64,000 nt of DNA from Botryllus schlosseri (Eukaryota): positions 26,352,001-26,416,000 of the forward strand of contig CM119371.1 in assembly GCA_051294905.1 (NCBI GenBank), read 5' to 3'. Shown piece by piece: positions 1-12,200 of the stretch (position 1 is the stretch's first letter; every line of letters starts with the position of its first letter). A program made the translations under genes and the position numbers. The notes under the pieces were generated by a model. The model did not search any database. It was not told the origin of the DNA and saw nothing but the letters and a program-made list of their open reading frames with translations.

Positions 1-286
1 CAACAAACGTAGTTTTGATGCTTCGTTTGCTGTAGAATGTAGCTGCAACTCCACTCCGCGACTCAGAGTCAACCTGGTCCCGTTATCACACTTTTGATAA
101 GGCGCGCTCGAATTGTGATCAGTCGGTAATGCAGATATTGCACGTCGAAGCTCACTTGGATGTCTGACTGCATCGACCACTGCATTACCAAACGCTGCTT
201 CGTTAGTCAAGTGAACCAAATCCGAGTTGCAATACTGATCGCTTGTCAGTGATTTTAAATCTAATGACAGAATATCAACCGGTCCA

Positions 287-1324
287 TCAGTTTCGGGAGA
301 AGTCTGATCTCCCTCTGCGCTGGAATAGCTTCCTTGACAGCAAATGAAGGGAATGTGCAGCGTAGCTTACATTTTCTATTCCCTCGACGCAATCCGTGAA
401 TCCCGCGGAAATGAAGAAAGACTTTAGTCCTGGTGAGTTCTCAAACGACGGTTTTGAAAAGGGTCGGGGTGGTAAGCCTTGACACAATGATACCCAGTAA
501 GTCATCCTTCGTGTACAAAATACTTGACTCGCTCGGTATCATCATTGACATTGCGATTTGTTGATTGACATAGCTTGTCGTTTGCCAAACCGGTGAGATC
601 GTTGTCACGGTTGTGTTGTCCTGTAGTTTTTCGCACTGGACAACATCCATGGTGTATCTGTCTGATCTGTCCCCCGAAAAGTCTGTTGCTGCACGCTTCA
701 CGGCACATAGGGTAAACGAAAGTTTCTCGTTTTGTACCGCTCCGGACGCTATCAACTGGTATTTAAGTTCACCGACGTAAATCCATGGTATGGCAAATAT
801 CTTCGTTGGCGCGTACCTTATCCTCAGATTTCATTGTCGCGATGACGATTTTTCCACGTTGCCCACTCATGAATTCGGTGATATGCTTGTTGTAGAGCTC
901 TTTCATTTTTAAAACTATAAATCGTTCCTTCCGTGTATTTGGGAAGTCAACCGAAAGTCCTGCTGCTAAAGTTTGGGCGATTTCGTCCATCGGGAAACCT
1001 TGTTTGGATAGTGCTTGCCACATATCCCCCATGTAAGTGGAGTAACGCTTATTATGATGCTCTTTAACGAGAAAGCAGTCATCGCGCTCTACGAACACCG
1101 GCGTCAGACTAGGCGAAGGGTCTTCTTTTGGGTCGCATTTAGAGTGGACGTATACGGACAAACCAAAGCCAATCGATATCAAAATGCTCCTTCGAATTAT
1201 TTTCTCCGTTTCGCATGTGGTGAGGTATGAATGAGTTATCAAGCTTTACAGGACTGTCACATAGCGACGCCGCTGCGGCGTGAATCCCGATACGCTTGCA
1301 CTCGGGCGTACGGCATTGCCCCAT
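287..1324 (-). pseudogene. Frameshifted, GC-richer coding-like segment of unknown family
   Basis: Overlapping ORFs 1139-1324, 769-1242, 441-755 and 287-505 tile ~1 kb through frameshifts, with no obvious introns. Confidence 0.3.
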
Positions 1325-3192
1325 CGCGAACGCGGTTACTCGATGCTCGATACTCGATGGCGTTTATGTGATCCTTCACTGCTGTCCGTTGCAGAGTTAG
1401 ACAATTAGAAACTGTTTCAGATTTTCAAATTAGATTACAATTAGAATTATAGCTACTTGGTTTTAGACTTAGAATTACTGAATTCGCGAAAACTGGGAAA
1501 TTGAATCAAGCTAAGTTCATATCAAGTCACTGTTCATTCTCAAAAGCACGAGAATGGCAAATTTCTGCACAGCAAGCTTGGCTCGTTTTGCACTATATAG
1601 TTCTCATGTACAGTTTTGAAGAGAACCACAAATTGGATTGAGCAAAAAATCATTTGTCAAATCAGATGAGTATTAGATTACCGGTATTTTGTTGTATTGA
1701 GTCTAATTTGACAAAGAGAATTCCAAATTAGACTTGGATTAAGGGCCGGATTCAACCTCCAGATCGCTGGTAGGCAGAACTATAGTCCGATGATTGCTAT
1801 GTGACATTTTTTTGAAATCTTGAAAATTTCAATAATCGTCAAAATATATTTTAATTTGAAGACACACACGGATAGGAGGACGCCGAACGACCAATTGCGG
1901 TCTCTTAAACTGGCATCCACCTCGGCCTAGTGGCAAATTTCCCAGTTCCTTTCGATGTTAGTCTCTATTCCGCAGCTTTTTCTTGATCTCTTCATTCTTC
2001 GGAGCAAATCCTTGAATATTTTTAGAGCTTCCAATTTACTCTCCACTTGAAGTCTAATCCCTTCGTTCTTTAGAGCATCATTGCTTCCAGTTCCAATAAA
2101 ACTGAACACAAAATATAGTAACAATCGGGCATTTTCAAAGCATTTCTGCAGCTACAAACTAATCTATATTACAATAATCTGTTCATGTAATTGTAAATAG
2201 AAAATTTCTCAAAGTGTCAAGATAGCTGCAAGCAAACAGTTGGATGAAAAATTGTCTTCCTCTCTTCCTTAAATGCTAAAATCTCACAGTGGAAAAGTGT
2301 GTGAATATCGTCGCTTTAACTGTGTTGACTCATCCTCACTACCCGCGCTATCACCCCTGACATACTCGACACTTGCTACTGCCTTCAAACGTTTTGCGCA
2401 GCCATGCCAAGCACACCACATCTGACCCACTGATCCCGCCAACATTGTCTTGGAATCACCTGTACAGGGATGTGAAAATGCACATGGATGTAAAATTTAG
2501 AAGGATTTAGTGAGCAGTGATATTAGTTAGGAGTTTTGAATCTTACTTCTAGTCGAGAAGTTCTAGAGCTAACTTCTGTTCTGAGACCTGAGGTATCTCC
2601 TGTTCCCCTTGTTCCCCCCTGTTATAATCTATGAGTTATAGAAATAAAAGGTCTAGTTTAACCTCAATATCAAAAGATGGGCGGCTAATAACTAACAGTT
2701 CACTGATTGTAAGCCATTTTTATGAAGGTACACTGCGTAAACGAATAAGCGCCCATGTAAAATTTGTGACGACTAGGTAGCCAAGGAGTAACCATGGCTA
2801 CGCTTCAATTGTCTCCACTGGAGACAACATTGGGAATACCAGATGCGCACCGCTTGATGGCAACGCTATAGTGTAACGGTACTACGCGTTAGTGATCTCG
2901 GGTTAACTAATTGGTTCCCAACTATTGTCATTCTGTGTAACCCTTCACGTATAACGCATGTATGCCTACAAAGAAACCCTTGTTACTTCTCAATCCCATT
3001 TTATATAATTTCGAATGGATAAATTCATTATCTGTAAATACACAATTGTAGATACGTTACATAATAAAGGGAAGTCTATATTGTATAGTCGCACTACCAT
3101 CAATGATACGCACAAAATAATTTTCAATGAAATGACACTGAGTAATTAGCTTTATATCAGGTGCAGCGGAATGTCATTCGATACGCGCTTAT

Positions 3193-3287
3193 TCAGAGTG
3201 CCGCAAGTAGAAGCTGACTCAGGACAACGCCAATTTGTGCGATTCCAAGCAACCAAATTCTGTAGCTATCGCGCGATGAACCTGAAC
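3193..3287 (-). CDS. Exon 16: GPI-signal-like hydrophobic tail and stop
   Basis: aaacag|GSGSSRDSYRIWLLGIAQIGVVLSQLLLAAL*; hydrophobic run ends at the stop with no cytoplasmic tail. Confidence 0.8.
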
Positions 3288-6200
3288 CTGTTTTGCGACA
3301 TTACGTTGTTGAGGGTGAAAGGCGATCAAACGCAATGAGTTAGCTTACCAACAGTCGACGTGGATTTAAGAATGAACTTAGTATTGGCTCTTTGCAATGA
3401 AGACTGTGATTCCGTGATTCGAAGGCTTTCCTCTTCATTCTCGTCGTCATCAATATCTCGGGCGTACCGATACAACTTCTGTCCATCCTGCGCGGATCTG
3501 ACGATGGCAGATGAGGACGAACTTCGCAATTTGGATGAGTCTAAGTGCAATATTATTTCACTATTCTTATCACTCACCTTCTTTTGCGAGCGGCGGACGG
3601 TTGACATCCTTGGAAACATCTGGTGCTGCTGTTTGAGGCGTCGCAAATCATGACCTGGCACTAAAATTGGAACCGAATGTTACTTCCCATTTCCCAGTGA
3701 GGGTAGTCTGATTTCATGGGATTGTTTGTTTGTTTAGGATATTCATGGTGTTTGTCGACAACAATGGTCATTTACACCAGGCCACCACTTACGCGGATGG
3801 GACGGCGAGAAGGAACCTAGATAAACCTCCAACACTTAGGTAGGAATTCAGGAGTCTACCCCGTTAGGAGTCGAACGCCCAACCCATTGGTGTTGTAGAT
3901 GTGGAGTATACCACTACGGTATCTCGCCACCTGATTCAATGGTATGATATGACCCAAAATGGAGGTAGCTTTTACAGGAATTCCAAACATCTACAAGACA
4001 TTGCGACGACATTGCTATCACAAATTGCGTTTTAACTGACGTCTAACTAACTAACTGTTAACAACGTCAAAGTTTTTTCTGCAAATCGTGTTTCGTTGGT
4101 ATCGTAGAGGCTGCACTATCATTGAACTTATCACTTGACATTGCATATCTTATAGACTACTTCATAGTCTCACGGCCCAATGTCTACTCATTGTGAATCA
4201 CGAACCATCGAATGAAACAAATAATTTGACATGGCGTGATGATTATCACACCAAAAAACGAGTTAAATTTTTAGTAGGTCAGCAGTTTTTACAAGACCGT
4301 GCCGCCATCTTAAATTTGAATCCGAAGCTTGACTGCGTTATGGACATTGGTTCATATAACAACGTGTTTCCCAACATATGAGTGGATCGTGAGATGTTAA
4401 CAAAACTCAGATTTGTGTTGCGGCCTGAAGAGGTTGATGAGGATAACATTGTCCGTACGAAGCAACAGGTCTGTTACCAGCACTCCAGCATATAAAGTGA
4501 AATTCAATGCTGATAGCAAACAATTGCTGCTGTTGAACATTTTTTGTCTATTCTTACAACATTACTTCGTATATATAGACAGATAGTTTCAACCAGAGAT
4601 GTAATACAATATTTCTAACGCTATGCGCAACAACGCCTAATTTAAATCCCTAAGGGCAACATTTAGTCAAATTTAGTTTTGCAATATCAGAAAATGTCAA
4701 AAAAAAATTATTTAGTGCGAAATTGTCATTTTTTATGTAAACAAATAATCGACCTTGTCACTAGTGATTTTTTATTAGTGAAGATAACTCTTGGAGTAAT
4801 ACTTAAAGGTCATGAAAATTGCTACTTCTACTGAGTACCAATGTCGTCTACTTTTTCCGCCTCTGAAGTTACATGGCGAGGCTGTGAAGCAATCCCAAAA
4901 TCATATACGAGCTGTTTCGCCTGTCGCGTAGGCCTATAACATTGACATCAATATTGCCAAATGAGTCCATGTGGGGCTCGCCGGAGAAGCGTAATTTCAA
5001 TGCCGTATACCTCTATGAAAATCTCTGCGTTTTGTCGGTCGTTAAGTAAGTTGGCTTCAAACTCGAATGCTTGCATACTAATCCTGTCCTCCATGTTTGA
5101 CGGTGCGCTGTGTCGGATGAGAGTGGGATCGAGGAAACAACTGAAACAAACATTTAATTGATGGTTTCAACCACTATCATGGCGAGCATTGTACAACATA
5201 CACGACATACAGCATATCTATTCCATGCAAGTGTTTGCTCATTAGTAATGGATATTTCCCGAGTATGAAATTCATGGTAGTCAAGCCTAAACGTGATTTG
5301 ATAATATTCAATATGCAAGCTTTCGCATAAGTTGTAAATTGCATGAGTAGCCTCTAAATTGTTTGTTTCATCATCACTTTGTTTTTCACTCTGTTGGTCA
5401 TATCATATCTCGCAGTTGGACGCACCATAGTGTCTTATTTGGTGTGGACACAAGCAAATCTCACGGATCAGTGAAATAGGTATACGTCACACTTTTTATT
5501 TGGTCAAAGGCCATGTTATGGTAATTTTTGACCGGCTTGCCGAGTATTAAATTTGATAAAACGGGCATCAATCGAAAGCTAACGCGGTATTAATTGCGAA
5601 CGTCTAAATTTTATTCTGCTTGTGGCCCTGGAACACCTAAAATCAGCCTCGAATGTTGCATTGTAATGGAGTTGGGTATTGTGACGCAGCCATGCCATCT
5701 GGAAGCAGGTGAGAAGCAGTGCAAACCGCAAGCGTATTGTCCATCGTTGCGCAACCGATTGAGCATTCACACTCTCACCGACGTGCGCATTTGCTCCTGG
5801 GCTACTCAGACGGCATAGTTTTGTCACAATACCAAAGTTCGTTACAATGCGACATTCGAGGCTGATTTTGGTGGGTTCCAGGATCAAGAGCAGAATATAA
5901 TTTATATTTTCGCAATCAGCACCACGGTAGCTTTGGAATAACACCTATTTTATCGAAGTTGATGCTCGGCAAACCGGTCGAAAATTACCGTCAAATTGCC
6001 ATTGACCAAATGAAAAGTTAGAGGGGGAGCCGTGAGATTTGCTTGTGTCCACACCATATAGGACACTATGGTCGCACAATAAAACTCGTGAGAGAACTGA
6101 ACATGGTGGGAAGCACTGTTGTAGGAATTGACTGTATTTAGGGACTTATATATGTAGTCAGCAGCTTGGACTATTGCGATCACTGAAGCGAATATGGAAA

Positions 6201-9200
6201 ATCAACTGAGTAATGTAGTTACGTCTTGTCATGAGAATCGTATTTCTGCGATTAATAATTTCGTATCTACGCCGCACATACCCGTCTTTAATAAATGTGT
6301 ACGTCAAAGTCGAGCCGGAGGAAGTGGTAGAGCTCGCAGTGCACTCTTCAGTAAAGAAAACTAGCCCAGATTGTCCTTGGCCGACGGCGCCAAGAGAGAA
6401 GTACATTCGATCTTTAACACTAACTTGTAGCGGATAATCCACTGGGGCGACAGCAGTCTGTAGGATAGTAACACTTGATTTTCGGATGAAGACAATGCAA
6501 AATCAGGAATTTCGTATTTTGTGCCTGCTCATGTAGTCAATATTGTTGCATCGCAGCAGATATATGATCGCCATTGTATAAAACCTGCTAATGGTGCAGA
6601 TTACCGTGATACCCAGGACAAGTTTTTGCTACTTTTGAAACTTTTTTACAGCTTTCGACACTAGATACTCATAATCTATTAACTATGATGTTTTAAGCTA
6701 TTCAGTGGGATTTTATAGTGCAAGTTTTACCAATTTTTCTCTATTTTTCTTGCCAATTTTTATCAAATATAGCGTTGAAATATGAAGGAGTGAGTTCAAA
6801 ACACGCTATAAACTATTCCTAGTATGGTTCTATTTTCTTTGATTAGCAAAACAAAGAGCTATATGATGGGTGAGCTGCATCTTACTGTTATCTATGACAC
6901 GATGGCTTGCAAGCAAAAAATTCACCTACCCCGGCCAAGCACAAACCGTGCACGAACAATATGTAAATAGATCGCTATAGTAATTCTGTTATTTAATTTT
7001 GAAATAGTTTCCCATTTCACGAGCACTCATGCGAGTCAGCCGGTAATTACATTTTCACTGAGTCACATTTTTTAGGCTATTTCTTTTGTTAAAGTTACAG
7101 TTTTTCTGTAATGCCTTGTGTCTGGTTTGCAGACCTAGGGCTTGGGGGTTTGGGGTGTGTTATTTGACTTGTTTTAGGAGGAGGGGGTTATCGCTATGTT
7201 TTTTTTTGGCTTTTTGGGGGAAATTATTTCCGCATTGCATAATTTGTTTGCTGCGTGCCGGAACAAATGTGATTTATAGCGGTTTCGCCAATTCGTGCGT
7301 TAAATGGCAATAACGTAACATATTGGACAGCTCTGCAGGAACTAGGTTAGTGTTGGGATCAAGTCACTACCTTCGAGTCACGAGTCATTTCGAGTCATTT
7401 CACATTTTGACTCGAGTCAAGTCAAGTCAACCGATTCTCGAAGGTGACTCGAGTCAAGTCAAGTCACTCGATTTTTGGAGGTGACTCGAGTCAAGTCGAG
7501 TCAAGTCAAGTCAAGTCACGAGTCAAGTCACAATTCAAGTCAAGTTGCGTTTTCGAAGTATAAAACATGATTACTTCATTATGTTTAACTAGCTGTCTGA
7601 AATACAGATTGAGTAGCCATTGATTCTGAACCGAGGAACGAAAACAGAGTTGAAAATATACCGAAGAAGGCGCTGTATCACTCGCATATACGTACAACTC
7701 CGTTTATAGTTACCAGTCAAATTAGAGAATAGAGAATAGAGAAACGAATTGATAATATGCAATACATTATCCATTTACATATTAATATGATACAATTTGT
7801 GCCTGCGCTAATGGTTGAGGAGTATATAAACTATATTCGAATTCAAATTCGATAAAACAAGAGGTTTGGTTAAGGTAAAAACACAGAACAGAAATAGACA
7901 TTCTGCTATTGAATTGCTTCACTATGCTAGTTTACGACAACGTAAGCTGTAAGCTTCGATCACTTCGTTTGCGGTCAATTTATTTGTGAGAGAACAATGG
8001 AGGGTAAGTAAAACGCACGATCACTGAATGATTGTTCGCTCTCACAAGTCACATCAGCGTTTCGCGAACAATCCGAGCATATGCATTATACAGTGAATTT
8101 TATCGACACCGATTACTTGATGACTTGAAATTGACTCGTGAATTTTGCTCCGAGTCACGAGTCAATCCCCATTTCTGATACGCCGAGTCAAGTCAAGTCA
8201 AGTCATTTTAGCAAAGTGACTCGAGTCAAGTCAAGTCATACGAAAAAGGTGACTCGAGTCATCCCAACACTGGGTTATACAAAATAACATTTAGAGCAGG
8301 GGTTCTCAACCTGGGGGCGCGGAAGGGTCTCAGGGGGGGGGGTGCGAGAAATTGACAAAGTCTGTAGGAATTGTGACCAAACATGTGTTTCACAACCATT
8401 CTGAAAAGAAGATTGTTTAGGATTAAGCTTATTTCATAATATAGAAGGCTTGCCAAACTCAAACTCCAGCAGTCGCGCTCAACGAGTTCAGGCTGACTTC
8501 AACTTCATTTGAGCAAATTTTTGATATTCTTTGAAGATTTGGAGCAATTCCTACGTGCAAGTCATTCATTGCTTTATAGCTTTGGCACTAGCTTAAATCT
8601 CGGTGCGCTAAGTAGCTGTTTGTAATAGCCGGTGAACTGCTCTGCCTAAGGCAGACTTAGATGCAATATAGGTTGTCCGGTTTCGCCCTCAATTAGGCTC
8701 TAAATCAACACAATTTAATTCATTTCCAAAACTGATCAAATTCAGCATGTCAGGACAGAACGACGCCGTGCTCTCTGTAGTCACTACCAGCATCAGGATT
8801 AGTCTTAGTGCAACCTACCTTTATATCTAAGTGTTGGCCTAGGCTCCTCCTCGCCACCTCATCCGCGTAAGCGGTGTCTTACAAAAAGCCTAGAGATTGG
8901 GTCGTGCTATAATTCGGCAGTTACGGAAAATAATGAAGAATGTCAGCCTGGTGTAAATGACCATATTAGTCGACAAACACCATGAATACCACAAAACAAA
9001 ACAAAAAACTTGACATTAATTGATGTTCTGTTCAATTATTTTTTGTTATTTTCAAGCAAGTTTGGGGAAATTTGTCAGCAATGTAAAAGACTCCACAACT
9101 GAAATGCGGATTCAAAATGAAGTAAGATTAACCAAATGTATACTATAAGATCAGGGGTGGTTGCCCGTACGGTCACACGCGGCCGTTGGAGGGAATTTGT

Positions 9201-12200
9201 GCGGCCGTCGACGCCTATTTCAATCAGTTTGTGTTGGCGGCCGTAGACATGCAAATTGCAATTACGAAATCACTCCCGAATTTTCGAGAGATTTTATTCA
9301 ATCTTGAAATTTTCTTCGAGCTCCGCGCAATTCAACAAGACTTCATTTTTCGATTTTAATGCAGTAGCGTTCTTCTTAATCTGAGTCGAAATAACAATTC
9401 ATTTGCGGCTCTGAAAAATTCTCGCGCCCGGTGCGACAATATGCACTCCCAGCAACTAATCATAACATTGACACTCGCGATTTCGGTGCGTACAATGGGC
9501 CGTTGTGAAAAGTAGAATAGTTCGGAGTTCACCTGGAATGGATATGGACAGTTTACCATAGGTATTTTGAGTCCATATCGTTTATTGCGGCTATGCCCTG
9601 GAATGCGGCCTTAGGCTACATAAGTAATCGAAATGCGGCCATGATTATCAAAAAGGTTGCCCATCTCTGTATTAGATGATGTGTTCTTTTTGACATGACG
9701 ATAAATGCATGGGGGGGGGTCAGGGGTTGCGCGATTTTTTTGACCATCGCCAAGGGGGGCCCGTGTCAAAAAAGGTTGCGATCCACTGCTTTAGAGTATC
9801 TCATACCCTAATAATTCAACAAAAATTATAAATGCAACTTTTTACTGCAACTTTGGGTAAAATTAAATGCAAATTTCTCGCGATTTTAGTGCAACATAAA
9901 CTTGCCCTATACATCATTATAAGAAAACGTGGTTTGTCCTGTCTCCGCCAGATGTAAATCGCTTGTAGTCGGTACTAGACACTTGGCGGTGAACTAGATA
10001 ATTATAATTTACTATCTAGAGTGAAATGACGGTAGTATAATTCTAATTTGAGATGTGAAATGTTTCTATGATTTAGTTTCAATTCTTATCCAATTCCTGC
10101 TGCTCCTGGAAATGCTGAATAGTGGGAAATTGACCAATATCGCTGTTCAGATATTTGCTGCTCTCACGGATATGGGAATAAACTCTGATATGATATGAAT
10201 TAAATTTGATTCAATTTACAAGTTTTCTTTAGATCTGTAATTCTAATTTAGTTTAAAAAAAAAACTGTCTAAAGTAATGTTTCTAATTCTAGTGCAATTT
10301 GAAATACACTGTGTAGCTGTCATTCTAATCATAATCTAATATTAGGGTTACAATATTTTGATAATCTGAAAAGAGGACAAAAAAGCTGACAGCTGACAAA
10401 AAAGGTCATCTTTACGGCAGTGTTGGGATCAAGCCACTGCCTTCGAGTCACAAGTCATCTCGATTCATTACACATTTCGACTCGAGTCAAGTCAAGTCAA
10501 GTCAAGTCACTCGATTTTCGGAGTTCACTCGAGTCAAGTCGATTCAAGTCAAGTCAAGTCACGAGTCAACTCACAATTCAATTCAAGTTTACTTTACAGC
10601 AGGGGTGGGCAACATACGGCCCGCGGGCCGGATACGGCCCGCGAACGGATTTTGTCCGGCCCGCGGATAGTTTTCCGTCTTACATGATAATGTGGCCCGC
10701 GGCCCCAGTCTGCCGAGATTCCGCACTACTTGCTTACTACGTCAAATTTTAGAGACTGTATGTCATTATACACGTGTATGCACAGCGTTGCGAGAGTGCA
10801 GCTTATGCGTAAGTTCGTCGAAGCGAGAAGACTTGCATTATCGGCATTTACGATGCACTCGACCATAATGCCATCTGTGGTTATCATGATTTTTGTCGAC
10901 TACAATGGTCATTTGCACCAGGCTGATATTTCTTCACGGCGCACTTCTAGGCAAGGTACCGCTTATGCCAGGGGTCGCCAACTCAAAACGGATTGCAGGC
11001 CACTTTTCAAATTTCGTAGAGGACGCGGGCCGCATGAATTGAATATCGAGATTAATTGGCCACACGCAGTTGAACAACGACGCTATCCCGTCGCCTACTC
11101 AACCTTAATGAATTGATATCTCGGATAATTAATGTAACCGGGCCTATCCAACGCCTTGAAATCTTAATTAGGGATTGCACCGTGTGTTGATTGTTATTCT
11201 CAAATCCACATTGTCTTCGCCATTATCGTTGTCGTTAAAATACATTCATTAAAGACGATTTATTCCTTGTATATGTGGATAAATGGGCGAATAATGTATC
11301 GATTCAGCAATTCGGCCCGCCAAGTAGGCCTACTAAATTTTCCTATATCCGGCCCGCCGACTGAAGAAGTTGCCCGCCCCTGCTTTACAGAGTACAGGGC
11401 ATGATTAGGCTACGTCATTGAGCTTAGATAGCTGCTTGATATACAGATTGAGATGTCATTTATTTTGATTCGAGGATATAGAGTTATAAATATATCGGCT
11501 AAAAGGCGTTGTATCGCCCACACATACGTAGACTGCTGTGTAAGTAACTGTATAGTATCGGTCTATAATTATCATCAATTTCGAGGTATCGAATACGAAC
11601 CCTCGAAAAGTAGAAACGACTGGATACGCACTAGCCACCTACACAACCATTTTGTACAATTCAAGCCTGAGCTAATTGTGGATGAGGAAGGTATATTAAA
11701 CTTCATTCGAATTATATTTAAAGCAAAGAAGAGGTTTGGTTAAGATGGGAACAGAGCACAACGAGCAGTCTATATGACTGAGAAATTTCTGGTACAAAAT
11801 ACCACGCTGTTATAAGCACCATAACATGATTTTAATATTAAATAATAATATTAAACTGAGAAATTTTGCTAATATTAGATTACTTTACTGTTTGTTTACG
11901 ACCACGTAAGCTGTAAGCTCCGACCACTTCGTTTGCGGTCATGATTTATGATAGAACAATGGTGTCTCAGTAAAACGTACCAGCATTGAAAGATTGGTCG
12001 TTCTCGCAGTTACATTGGCATTTCGCGAACAATCCAAACATATACACGATACAGTGATTTTACCGACAGCTATTACTTGATGACTTGAAATTGACTCGTA
12101 AATTTTGCTTCGAGTCACGAGTCAATCCACATTTTTGAAACGTAGGGTCAAGTCAAGTCAAGTCATTTTTCCAAAGTGACTTGAGTCAAGTCAAGTCATT

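Noticed and set aside
2286..2459. Alternative last exon of the ZP gene (acceptor at 2459)
   Set aside because: Open in phase but has no hydrophobic anchor; 3287-3193 gives a typical short intron and a GPI-like tail
3326..3661. Supplied 111-aa ORF as a standalone gene
   Set aside because: It merges exon 14 (another frame), an 80-nt intron and exon 15 of the ZP gene
7370..7545. Regularly recurring GACTCGAGTCAAGTC units resembling a CRISPR array
   Set aside because: Units vary in length, lack unique equal-sized spacers, sit inside TIR elements, and the DNA is eukaryotic with no cas genes
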